Below are positions 13,782 through 26,515 of a stretch of DNA of 64,000 nucleotides, piece after piece. A program made the position numbers and the translations under genes. The number at the start of each line of letters is the position of its first letter. The first letter of the stretch is position 1. The notes beneath the pieces are model-generated. The model was not told the DNA's origin and ran no database searches. It was given only the letters and a program-made list of their open reading frames with translations. This DNA comes from Octopus sinensis (lineage: Eukaryota), in assembly GCF_006345805.1 (NCBI RefSeq), contig NC_043004.1:3410001-3474000 (forward strand), in the 5' to 3' direction.

Positions 13782-15659
13782 AATTGGGTTAATTCGTTAA
13801 CTTTGTGTCTTAGGTAGTGTCGGATTATCAGATATACTTCTGTAGTAGGGTTCAATCTTAAAAAGCAACAAAATTACGAGGATTTTAGCCAGATCACCAA
13901 ATATGATAGCAAATTTTTCAACACCGTCAGACTCTGCAGACTTTTCGCCAGACAAATGAAATTTACAATCGCCACGTCGTAATTTTGACGTTTTAAACCA
14001 CTCAATTTTAGACACACAAATCTTTGTAAAGTCCATTTTTCTGTGTTACCGCTTAGTTCCTTTAAAGATCAGTGGTCCCAAAATTAGCATAATCTCGAAT
14101 TACTTTACACTAAACAGCTTAACTTCACTTTCGTTTTGAACATTTTTTTGTATTCTTTTAATGTTTCCTGCACATCAACATCTTTACTTGTCTCTGAAGC
14201 ACTCATCAGTGATATTAACTCGTCATTTTGTTTTCTAAAGGTAAAAATTGTTAAGCAACCTATGTTATGTTTACATGCAATCTTTCAGTTTTCGCCTCTT
14301 TACAATAAATGCTGTATTATTTCAATTTCCGGGTGCTCTGTAAGAGTTACATGATTTATTTCCATGTCCTCATAAAATTATTAATTCTTAGAAGAACTGG
14401 ATAACATTTCAATAATGGATATGCAATATACGCACAGAAAAGGGCAGGTGAAAACAAAACACTTCAGTGCTTACCTCTGCTATTTTCAGCCAGAATACAA
14501 ACAATGGTGAAATGAAGTTTAAAGACGATGCTTACGTAAAACAATTTGGGAAATGCGAAATTAACCAAAAAATTCCGGCTCATCGGGCCTGCCGGACTAC
14601 TGGTTGCCAGATTAATGGAACACTATAGTTACAATTACTACATTGTTCACTGTATACTTCTAATATGTTAGACGGTAGATGCGATTTTTATTCCTACCAA
14701 GTCGAATGGCCACTTAATACCCCTCGCCGTCGTTGGTGGTCCTACGACTAGGTACAATTAGCAGGTTTATGGTTGAATGAATGTATTCAAGTTGTATATT
14801 TGAGTTAATTACACCAGCATATTTGATAATCCAGCACCATCAAGATCCCAAGGCTGCTATATTATCGGAATTACTAGCAGGTATTTATTAAGTCCGCAGG
14901 ATAAAAAAAACAAAACAAACCCCTCGCTCTCTGTGTCAACACAAGTGAGACGCTGACGACACGAAACTTTACAGTGGAAGTCAATTATTCCAGTGGTGCC
15001 ACCATCTCTGCCAAGGCGATGCCCTGGAATCCCATAATTTTCTTTTTAATGTTTCTTTTTTTTTTTTTGGTTTTTTGGTATTTTTTTTAGGGGTGGTGGT
15101 GGCGTGGGAGCAAGTTATGATCCGTTGGTTTATTTTTCTGAATAGAACAGAGAAAATAATAATGTTATGTTTTGATTTGTTTTTGTTTTTTTAAGAATAG
15201 GAACATGGAGAAAATAACAATGGCGAAAAGAAACAATGAGACTATAAAGAAAAGTAAAAGGATGGAAGGAGTTTGGGAAGATAGAAATGAGAAGAAAAAA
15301 AACATATTAAAAAAAGAATAGAGAAGGGACTGCATCTGGCAAATGAGCTGCTGTGCTCCTTCAATGACTTTCTTCATCGAATTCAAGGGCGGTTCTTTTG
15401 GTTGGGTTTTTCTCGCTGATTGCTGGCACATTGTGTGTCTTTATAACTTTGGTTTTTCTTTGCTGCAAAGACCTTGTAATTTAAAGTGGCTACACTTTTG
15501 TCAAAGAGGCAAAAATAACAGTTATAAAAAATAAAGAGGCATGAAAAGGAGAGAAAAAAAAGGGGGAGTAAAAAAAAAGGAAGCAATTTGAAAGGAGAGA
15601 GAAAAGAAAATGATAAGAAAAAGGAGGTAACATTAAAGAACGCTACAACAATAACTACT

Positions 15660-15852
15660 ACTACCACTGACGATGATGATGATGACGATGATGATGATGA
15701 CTATGACGATGATGATGACGATGGTGATGACGATGGCGATGACGATGATGATGGCGATGATGATGGCAATTATGATGACGGTGATGATGACGACGACGAT
15801 GATGATGGCGATGATGATGATGGCGATGATGATGATGGCGATGATGATGAGG
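15660..15852. repeat. (GAT/GAC/GGC) imperfect trinucleotide repeat
   Basis: Direct reading; source of the poly-D/H/M ORFs in the track. Confidence 0.9.
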
Positions 15853-16064
15853 AGGAGGAAGAGATATAAAAAAAATATTGTGAGGGGCCGATGACTGTAT
15901 TTTTCTTCTTCGACTGTAACGTCGGTTCATCTCGAACCAGCGTCCCCTGACTCATTAGTCAAGAGTCATCAAGCAACGAAGAAATAATTAGAAGGGTGTC
16001 AGAATCGTTACCAAATGACCAATTCTCTGCTCGTTTTTGCAGTTTGCTTCTTTATTTCTCTCTT

Positions 16065-16097
<33 letters not shown>

Positions 16098-16867
16098 TTC
16101 TCTCCATCTTCTGCCATTTCTTTTCACTACTGCTACTACTACTACTACTACTACAATTTGTACTTTCATTTTCTACTTTGCCTTCTTGCTCTTTTCTTCT
16201 TCATCATCATCTTCGCCTCCTTCTCCTCCTCTCCCTCCTCCTCCTTCTTCTTCTCCGCCTCTTTCCTTCTCTTTCTCTATTTTCGTTGTCGGAACCGTTT
16301 CAGAGGTTTGTTCAATGCCAGAAGCCCGCCTTTTTCTTTTTCCGATTGATTATTTGCCCGCAAGGTGTGTTATTATGCAAATGAGATTTTCAGACATATC
16401 TTCCTTTAACGTCTTCAGTCTTGGCACAGTGTTTTGTCTTTCATGCCAACTTTCACTCTATCCCTGTTCCCTAATTTGCCTAATTAGATTTTTTTTTATA
16501 TTCCTATTTTTAACTCTTCTCTATGTCTATAAGCACCGAAGCAAAAAGATCCTTGCTGTTATGGCGCTACGATTCTCCTGTTAAATGGTGATCTTTGGCG
16601 GCACAAGATTACAGAGCTTTCCATTGAATTTCTACTCTATTAACTGAACTAATACGCATCGAAGACTCTTTTCACGTTTTATTGTGTTTTTCCTTTTGAA
16701 CATACTCGACTGAAGAATGGTTTATTCGCCACCCTCGCCCTACACCATCGAGCTAAGCAACACCCACCATTGCTGTTGCAACCGCTGCTCTTTTTCTCTC
16801 TCTTTATCGCTTTCTGTCTCACACTCTCTCTCTCTCTCTCTCTCTTATCTCTCTTTTTCCTTTCTTC

Positions 16868-16915
<48 letters not shown>

Positions 16916-17231
16916 TCTCTCTGTTCTCTTTGAGCACTCTTTCACACCTGAACCACCTACTTTATTCCGTCACAGGTTTTTGCCGTTTATCTTTTTTTCT
17001 TTTGTTTTTTTTTTTGGTTTCTGCTACTTGATGTCTTCAATTATTTTAAAGAATTTTTGTTTACCAGAAATAGATAAGAAGAAAGAAAGGGACGGTGGGG
17101 GAGGGTGGAAGGAAACGCAGAGGGAGAAAAAGAGAAAGGAAGAGTGAGAGACTAAGAGAGGGGGATAAAGAAATAAAAAGGGTGAGATGCTCAAGAAGAA
17201 AGATGAACAAAGACACTGCGTGTGTGTGTCT

Positions 17232-17285
<54 letters not shown>

Positions 17286-18099
17286 CAGGAGAAAGTGAAC
17301 ACAAACGATAATAGCAAATGAGGAAGAAGATGAAAACGAAGAAGAAAAAGAAAAAGGAGAAGAAAATGGTAAAGAGAGCGAATGAGAAAAAGAAATCTAG
17401 AAAGATAGATATACACATAAACAACATGCGCACTTACATATACACACATGCAAAAATATATATGTATATTATATGTATATATATATATGTGTATATGTCT
17501 GTCTGTGTGTGTCTGTGTATACACACACACACACACATATATATGTATGTATGTATGTATGTTTAGATAGATAGACAGAGATAGATAGATGGATGGACAG
17601 ATAGATAGGACAGTTAGATAAACCTAGATAGATAGATAGATAGATAGATGCATGCACAAATATGAACATACCCACACCTGTGTGTGGAAGAGAGAGAAGA
17701 GAGAGACAGAAATAGAGAGATAGAGCTTGTGTGAGGTTAAGTAGTAGAGAGAGATTTGGAAGAAAGAAAAACAGGAAGATATTAAGAAGAATGGAGAGAA
17801 GAAAGAACGGGGAAGAATGCCAATAAATGGCAGGTAAGATTGTGTCAAGTAGAAAGAGTTGTGCAAAAGGGGAAACGAAGAGATAGTGAGAGGATGGGAA
17901 GGAGAGAGAGAGAGAGATGTAGGGGGACAAAAATATAGACAGAGAAATAGTGAGTTTAAAGAGACGAAGTAGATTGTGTAATGATATAGAGAGAGGGTGA
18001 ACGAGAGGGAAGAGTATGACTAAAAACTGAGCGATTGAGATGGATTGCAAGAGGAAGAAGGAAGGAAGGAAGGAAGGAAAGAAGGGAAAAAATAACTGG

Positions 18100-18451
18100 T
18101 TCCAATTTCGGTACAAGGCCAGCAGGTTTGGGGCTAAGTCGATTATATCGACCCTAGTGTCCAACTGGTATCTATTTTATCCACGACTTTGCTTTTCATC
18201 CTTTCAGGGTCGATAAATTAAGTACCAGTTACGCACTGGGGTCGATATGATCGATTTAATCCCTTTGTCTGTCCTTGTTTGTCCCCTCTGTGTTTAGCCC
18301 CTTGTGGGTAGTAAAGAAATAGGTATCTTTTTTATCCACCCCGAATGGGGACGAAAAGTAAGGTCGACCTTGACGGATTTTGAACTCAGAAACGTTAAGA
18401 CGGACGAAATGGCGACCAGCATTTTGGCCGGTGTGCCCACGATTCTACCAG
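18100..18451. mobile_element. Old minus-strand SINE-A interrupted by a plus-strand 5'-truncated SINE-A (18185-18321)
   Basis: 18-bp TSD GGTATCT(A/T)TTTTATCCAC at 18167-18184 and 18322-18339, one mismatch. Confidence 0.85.
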
Positions 18452-18741
18452 ATATCTAGGATGGAATGAATGAAATGTTAAGACTGAAATCTGTAGATCT
18501 AGGGAGAAAAATGGTGTGTGCGTAACAGTCGTCTGCACTGGACGATCCGCTGTGGTGCGGACGCAAAACGGAGCGCAACATAAGACAGGACTCTAGACCT
18601 GTGCTAAGGTAAAGACAGATACACACATACGTATGTGAGTGTGTGTGTACATCTAATGTAGGATAATTTCAAAAAAATGTTATCAGTGGCCAGCATATTT
18701 TTTAAAAAAATACCTTTTAAGGTGAAAATTATAAACAAGTT

Positions 18742-18964
18742 ATAAGGGCAAAATAAAAAAAATTCTTATGCCAAATATGCCGAGAAATAGACTTTAAATC
18801 GTCAATAACCACATATAATTCATCACTAACGGAATTATTTAGAAATTTCTGTCAGCTTGCTTCGATACACGTGCTTTTAGTGATGAATTATATGTGGTTA
18901 TTAACGATTTAAAGTCTATTTCTTGGCATATTTGGCATAAGAGTTTTTTTTATTTTTCCCTTAT
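18742..18964. repeat. Foldback palindrome (MITE-like): 88-bp arms, 47-nt spacer
   Basis: 18742-18829 is the reverse complement of 18877-18964 with about 4 mismatches. Confidence 0.9.
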
Positions 18965-19061
18965 TTATAAGTTATATATATATACATATATATATTTGCG
19001 TGTGTGTATGTATACGAGTATATATATATATGTGTGTGTGTGTTAACACGCGCGCGCAGAT

Positions 19062-19212
19062 GAGTTTCCATTTACGAAATTCCAGTCACAAGGTATTGGG
19101 TTACCGGAATCTCCAAGAAGACAGTTGACCAAGACGCTATGTGGCGGGATCGAACCAGGAAACACCGACTTGCAACACAATCTTCTCAACCACAAACCCA
19201 TGCATGCGCCTA
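19062..19212 (-). mobile_element. Degenerate SINE-B-like 5' half
   Basis: Reverse complement resembles GGCGCA..GTGGTTGAGAAG..GTTCGATCCC..TTGGTCAACTGTCTTC. Confidence 0.55.
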
Positions 19213-19247
19213 CAACTGTGTATGTATGTGTGTGTGTATGTGTGTAA

Positions 19248-19284
<37 letters not shown>

Positions 19285-19398
19285 CATACCTATATACACA
19301 TATATGTGTGCACATGTATGTATGCATGTATGCGTAAGGAATGTAGAAGAGAGATCGAGTAAAATGCATGCGTGTGTATGAGTCTGTGTATACATGCA

Positions 19399-19430
<32 letters not shown>

Positions 19431-20014
19431 AACCTGAATTTATCTTTCCCACTGATTAAAATCGAAGCGAGGAAAAATCAAATACTTGACTTGTTCATAA
19501 AATTACATCGAACGCCTACAATTATTATTGGAGAGGCGAGAAAATTGTCGGCTTGCTTCTGGGGTTTTTTTTATATTTATATTTTACACAATTTTTTTTT
19601 TTTTTAATATTACATCGCTCTTCGTTAGTTGTGCTTATTGTTCTTCTTGTTCTTGTTCCTCTCTCTCTCTCTACATTTGTTTATTTGTATCCTTTTCTCC
19701 CTACAACCCACCCCCCAGTCAACTTTTTTTCCCGATTTTTCGCTTCTTTTTTTTTTTTTTGTAATTTCATTTCATCATTTTTGGTTTTTGTTGTTTCGTT
19801 TGTCTTGTTTTCTTTTCTTTGTTGGTTTTTCTATTTTAATATTTCGAGTTTTGTCATTGGAAAGGTTTCAATTCAACTCTCAACCGTTTCTTTCTTTTCT
19901 ACTTTGAAAAGTTTCATTTTTTTTTATTCGTTATACCTTCACAAAAATACATCGACACACACACACAAAGATACACACATACATACACACAATACTTATA
20001 TGTATATCTAAGCG

Positions 20015-20111
<97 letters not shown>

Positions 20112-20154
20112 ATATATATACACACATCCACATATATATGATATATATATATAT

Positions 20155-20195
<41 letters not shown>

Positions 20196-20233
20196 TATAT
20201 ATATATATGTATATATGAATTCATGTGTGATTA

Positions 20234-20271
<38 letters not shown>

Positions 20272-20522
20272 CACACACACACACACAATCGATGGATAGA
20301 GATTGAGTCAGTGAGCAAGACATACATAATATATGCTAACAGTCTTACATACAAAGATACATGCTTACATACATACACACAAAAAACAAAACATTCGTAC
20401 ATACACTCATACATATATATATGTATATATACATATAAACAAATATATATATTGCATACATACGTATACACACATATGTATATATATATATATTGCACAC
20501 ATACATACGTATACACACATCC

Positions 20523-20558
<36 letters not shown>

Positions 20559-20587
20559 CATACATACATACGTATACACACAGCATA

Positions 20588-20684
<97 letters not shown>

Positions 20685-20685
20685 A
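20015..20685. repeat. Long compound (TA)n/(CA)n microsatellite with a three-copy higher-order unit at ~20440-20585
   Basis: Direct reading; anchor ATTGCA(C/T)ACATA..CGTATACACACA occurs three times. Confidence 0.9.
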
Positions 20686-21271
20686 CATGTTAGATGCTCC
20701 TACCGAAACAGCCATTATGAGTGACATGTTACACAAACTATCTTACATCCGAATGCGCTCCTGCGTGTATATTTCTGCGCATATACACAAATATATATAC
20801 ATACACAAATACGGATTTATACAAATATCTGTGAAATTTCTGTAAAAGACGCTCGGTGTCTTAATGTATGTATTACATGGCGGGGATCAGATTAAGAGTT
20901 TTATATATATATATATTTTAAACAAGCATACGTGTGCTTATGTGTGTTTGTTAATGTGATTGTACACACTTCTATATATTGATGTACGCGGATATATATA
21001 GTAAGATATATACGTATGTGCGTCGATACAGACATAAATACTTTTTTTTGTACATACATATATACGTGAACATGCATGCAGTCTTACGTGTATAGAAACA
21101 CACTCACACATACATTATACATACTTGCTCATCTTTCTGCGTGCGCAAGTGACAGCTGACATACCTTTACTAGGTCCATTGATTAAAAGAAAAGTTCAGG
21201 GATAGACAGACAGACAGACAGACAGACATGCGGACAGAGAGAGAGAGAGAGAGAGAGACATGAAGACGGAC

Positions 21272-21309
<38 letters not shown>

Positions 21310-21392
21310 ATGAATGGCTGGATAGCTGGATGGATGGATGTATAGACAGATAGGTAGACAAATAGACGGATATAGATAGACATAGCAGACAC

Positions 21393-21478
<86 letters not shown>

Positions 21479-21624
21479 ACACGTGATCGAACTGACTATT
21501 GGATGTTGTTTACATTGCTTGTCACAATACGTTATGCATCGTTTTTGCTTTTGGAAGATGCCACCCCGGGTAGGTGAACAGGTCCACATTTCCCCTAATC
21601 GAAAGTCTACTCCGTTGCAGGGCT

Positions 21625-21775
21625 AGCACTCATTTTTGCTAGCTGAGTCGACTGGAGCAACGTGAAATGAAATGTTTTGCTCAAGAACACAATGCACCGC
21701 TCGGTCCCGGAATCGAAACCACGACCTAGTAGCAATGGTGAGTTCAAAACTCTAACCACTTGGCCTCGTACATTC
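21625..21775 (-). mobile_element. SINE family C 5' half (tRNA head plus CORE-like TTGAGCAAAACATTTCATTTCACGTTGCTCCAGTCGACTCAGCT)
   Basis: Shares the CORE-like block with 26516-26857 and 56620-56800. Confidence 0.7.
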
Positions 21776-22690
21776 GCAAACAGAATATTATTTTCGAAAT
21801 GTCCTCTCCTAAGACTTTGTCTTCAGTAATGATCACGTCATTTTGTCAACTATTATACCTACAATTCCATAAGTAAACGCTAGGGTCCTCCATAACATTC
21901 TAAAAATCTTATAATTTTGAAAAATACTTAATTTGTTTATATTGTGAAATCAAAATGCAATACTAAAACAAGTATAACTGCACTACATAGCGGTGCTTCC
22001 GACAGACTCTAGAAAGAGCAAAAGCAAATGGCTGACAACAGCGGAAACAGGGGAAGGAAATTTCCAGTGAAAATTATCATAGCTTATACATCATATAAGA
22101 ACATCTTGGCATTCCTTTTGCTATGTTTATTACGAAACATGAAAGATTATATTGAAACGCATTTATTCTGGAATGGTCAACGCTATGCAAACAGTTGGCT
22201 TTCAAAGTTGTCGCTTGGAAATTTCGAATACATTAAATTTGTCCTGACTCTTAGATTTTCGGTAGGAATTTTGACTTAAGAGGCAGAATGTTGTTTTAGT
22301 ATTGCATCAGGAGTCAGTGTTGGTCTGAAATAGACAGATCTTTCTAGAATCATAAATATTGACGATAAGAAGAGAGATCGATCTTTAAGTCTACCATGGT
22401 ATGAAACATAATCACTGCAGTAAAATGTTGTAATTATTTATGAACCCAGGATTCTTACAACCCGTCTAGGATCTATACATCAGTGGGAAAGATAAATTCA
22501 GGTTTGAAAACACACACACATGCATGTATACACAGTCATACACACGCATGCATTTTTCTCGATCTCTCTTCCACATTCATTACGCATACATGCGCACACA
22601 TATATGTGTGTATATAGGTATGTTTCTCTCTATATATATATATATATTTACACACAGACACATACATACGCGTACTCACACATACTCACA

Positions 22691-22736
<46 letters not shown>

Positions 22737-22851
22737 TACATACATGTATATGTACATATATATATATATTATACATATGTATGTATACATATATATGTAT
22801 ATTTATAAATGTGTATATATATAATATAAATGTATATGTGTATATATATAG

Positions 22852-22923
<72 letters not shown>

Positions 22924-22963
22924 TATATATATGTATATATATATAAATATATGTGTATATATA

Positions 22964-25667
22964 TACTTTGATACTTTGATACTTTGATAGGTTTCGGCCA
23001 TTATTGGCCCAGGCCATGTCTAACTTAATAGCACCACCTGGTGAAGTCTTTCAAGTCAGAATTTTGGCACTATGGCCCACTCAAGTAGAGAGAGTTATTG
23101 TTTACAGAGACATATCCGGGTGTTGGGGGTTTATCCGGGATTTCTTGAAGGAATCTGTCCAAAGACTTCTTGAACCCTATAGGGTCAGTTTCTGTTTAAT
23201 GTATTTTGGTGTAATGTTAAAGAGAGCGGGGCCAATTGAGGTGAAATAATTGTGGCCGTATTGTTGTTATGAGATGAGAGTGCGATTTTTGTTTTGGGCG
23301 GATGGCACGGGGCCCAAGCCTTGGATGTACCTTAAAGGTGATGCCAACATCATTTGGGCAATGCTGATGGAATATTTTCCACATCATGCAGATGATGTAG
23401 CGCTCACGACGACGTTGGAGAGAATAGAGTTTTAGCTTTTCTAGTCGACCCCAATAGTCGAGGCCTGTCATGCCATCTATCTTTTTTGTGATTGCCCTTT
23501 GAGGTGCTTCAACTTTTATGATACCTTGTATTGTGTGGGAAGACCACAGTGGACAACAGTATTCAGGTGGGGTCGGGCAAAAGTGGAGAAGAGAAGGATA
23601 ATGGTGTGGATATCTCTCGACTGGAAAGTTCTGAGAATCCAGGAACACATTCTGCGGGCCATGTCAACTTTGGTGTTTATATGAGTGGCCCAGCTTACGT
23701 TGTTGTCCACAATTACTCCCAAGTCTCTGATGTTGTTGGACGCCGCGAGAGTTTCACCTGAAGGAAGGGAGTATGGGAGTTTCAGGGCATCCTCTTTTCC
23801 AAAGTGGATTAGCTCAAATTTATCCTCGTTCAGCAGCATATTGTTTTTTTCTGCCCATTGGATAACAGCCAGTCGATTGACTGAAGGCATGTCCGGTCAC
23901 TCGCCTCATTTATGACCTTCTGTAGCTTGGAGTCATCTGCAAAGATTTTTATGTTGCTGTGCTTGATGATGTCATTAATGTCATTAATGTAAATGATGAA
24001 AAGAAGTGGGCCCAGCACAGTGCCTTGCGGAACGCCACTACTGACTTGGCTGGGCTTGATTTTACCCCTTCAACTAAACATGTTGAGATCTGTCTGTCAG
24101 GAAACACTTAATCCATTTCAGTAACTTTCCAGAGACACCAATGTTGGATAGTTTTTTTCAATAGGATCTTGTGATCGACCCTGTCGAAGGCCTTACTGAA
24201 ATCAAGGTAGATGACATCGGTGTTGGAGCCCTCTCCCAAAGCTCTCAAAATGTCCTCAAAGTGATGCAGGAGCTGCGTTAGGCAGTCCCTTCCATTACGG
24301 AACCCATGTTGGTTGGAGATCAGCCGTCTGTTGCTTTCCAGAAATTGGGTTATTCGAGATCTCACCACCCTCTCAAATACCTTGATGATATGAGAGGTGA
24401 GTGAGATCGGACGGTAATTCACTGCAAGGGACTTGTTTCCCTTTTTGAAAACTGGGACAACAGACTGGGACAGAAGGTTTTTTGGAATATAGCCAGCATC
24501 CAGTGAGTTTCTCCACAGATTAGCAAGGGGAGATGCAAGTTGGTGTCGACACACCTTCAGGACACAAGCAGGGAACCTATCGGGGCCTACTGCTGAATTG
24601 TGTTTTATTTCGTTTATCGCCGCTAAGACATCAGGGGCACTAAACGTTATGTCCGATATAGTGTGTTGGGGGTTGACATCACTGATACAGCCCAGATCGG
24701 CCATATCAGGATTGCTGAAAACAGAGCAGTATTGTTTCTGCAGTATCTCGGCCATGGATTTGGCATTATCTTGGAGAGTGCCAGTTTCGTCGATTAGAGG
24801 GCCTACAGTGGAGACAGTGACCCTGCGTTTCCTCGCAAATGAAAAGAACACTTTGGGGTTGAGTTTGATTTTTTTCAATGGCCCACTTCTCCTCAGCTGA
24901 TCTTTGGTTATTGATGAGGGTCTTCATGCATTGTTGGAGGTTATATTTTTTGGATTCAAGCAGTGCGATAGCCGTCGAATGTGTGTGTGTGCTGTTGGCA
25001 GTACTTTAGTTTGTTAATTTTTTTGTTTGTTCTTTTTATTTTTCTGATAATGGTTTTTCTGTTTTAGGGATTCTGCACTTTTTGTTCACAGGTCTTGGTG
25101 GGGAGTGTTTTGCACATATGTCTGTGACGGTGTCTACAAGATCTGCCAAGATGTTTATGGTTGGTGGAGATGTGTGTGTATGTGTAAAGGACCAGTCAAC
25201 ATTTGATAGCTCGTTCCTGATTGCATCCCAGTTGGCTTTATGGAGATCCATGTTGTCAAATGGGTGGGCTGGAGGAGGTCACTAGGATTAGCTTTCGGCT
25301 GGTGGAATTTCATGTTACAGAGAACCATGTCATGGTCTGAAAGAAGGGTTTTTTCCACTGTAACGTTATGTATAGTGTTAGTGGTGGTTACTAAACCTAG
25401 GTCCAAAATGTTTCTGATGTCTTGTTGGTGCAAGGACAAGTTGGACAAGAAAAACTCATTCGTAAAGTCGAAAAGTGACTCTGCTGCTTCTTTGTCAGCG
25501 GTTGAGGCGGGAGTGCTTGGTTTCAAACAGTTTGTAGTCCAGTCAACACAGGGTAGATTGAAGTCTCCCATCATGAGTATGTTGCTAGAATGGCACTGTT
25601 GAATAAAGCACTTAATGCTGTTGAGGCATTCTTAAAGCACAGTATGGGTGTTTGGGGCGGCCTATAT
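22964..25667 (-). mobile_element. 5'-truncated CR1-group LINE (partial APE endonuclease, RT and C-terminus), frameshifted, inserted in (TA)n
   Basis: Minus-strand motifs [72 protein letters not shown]; 3' tail (TATCAAAG)x3 typical of CR1 8-mer tails. Confidence 0.93.
24108..24878 (-). pseudogene. Largest open fragment of the LINE ORF2 (pre-RT region and RT domains 1-3, 256 aa)
   Basis: ORF track translation contains PVFKKG..NYRPISLTSHIIKVFER..QHGFR..DFSKAFD. Confidence 0.9.
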
Positions 25668-25692
25668 AATATATATGTATATATATATAAAA

Positions 25693-25768
<76 letters not shown>

Positions 25769-25776
25769 TATATGTG

Positions 25777-25808
<32 letters not shown>

Positions 25809-25830
25809 AATGTGTGGTGTATATATATAT

Positions 25831-26070
25831 TACAGTTCTATATTTAAGAAATGAAGAATTGTGTACATTATTTACATTATTTGCATTTGACGGATATTTG
25901 TCTTCATCTTGTTTGTTGTTAGCACAACGTTTAGGCTGATATACTCTCCAGCCTTCATCAGGTGTCTTGGGGAAACTTCGAACCTGGGTTTTCATTCCTT
26001 ATGAGGGTATATCAGCCGAAATGTTGTGCCAACAACAAACAAGATGAGGACAAATATCTATCAAATGTTA
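25831..26070. mobile_element. Penelope-like/retrozyme-like short repeat with an inverted partial copy; core-mutated hammerhead
   Basis: Same family as 29878-30065; 65-bp arms at 25884-25948 and 26003-26067. Confidence 0.7.
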
Positions 26071-26072
26071 AT

Positions 26073-26110
<38 letters not shown>

Positions 26111-26118
26111 TATAACAC

Positions 26119-26230
26119 TTTGATTCGGTTCCGTGCTACTTTCTTTCGCAGGCCCCTAACGGGGACCTATGATTTTAGGCTCCCGTCAAGGGGCCTGCGA
26201 AACTTGAAGTAACACGGAAACTGAATCAAA
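26119..26230. repeat. ~112-nt imperfect hairpin (small MITE or hairpin RNA)
   Basis: About 50 paired positions around the loop TGATTT; GC-rich relative to background. Confidence 0.7.
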
Positions 26231-26318
26231 CTGATTTAAAATAACGCATGTAACTCCTAATAAATGTGTTGAGTCCCCTTTGCTTTCATTGTCCACTTAT
26301 TCGTGTGTGTGTGTGTGT

Positions 26319-26351
<33 letters not shown>

Positions 26352-26515
26352 GAAATATATAGAACAGCTTAAGAAGTGCTCGGGTCAAGCCGGAGACAAA
26401 GGATAAGATTTAAGCAATCAACATTTCATGCTCATGGATTCTATTTACATGTATTTTTATGTATATTTATATATATTTATATTTTAAAAATATTCATATA
26501 TGTCGATATGCATTA

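Noticed and set aside
14945-14975. CTGACGA..GAAAC
   Set aside because: Only 3 nt between the core halves, so no stem II
15588-15930. Poly-Asp, poly-His and poly-Met ORFs
   Set aside because: Trinucleotide repeat with no flanking coding signal
16330-16700. Enhancer-like block with an octamer ATGCAAAT and TAATTA words (similar block at 27600-28100)
   Set aside because: Short motifs are expected by chance in AT-rich DNA; conservation data are needed
18490-18615. GC-richer segment ending in AAG|GTAAAG, possible exon
   Set aside because: No polypyrimidine acceptor and no convincing open frame
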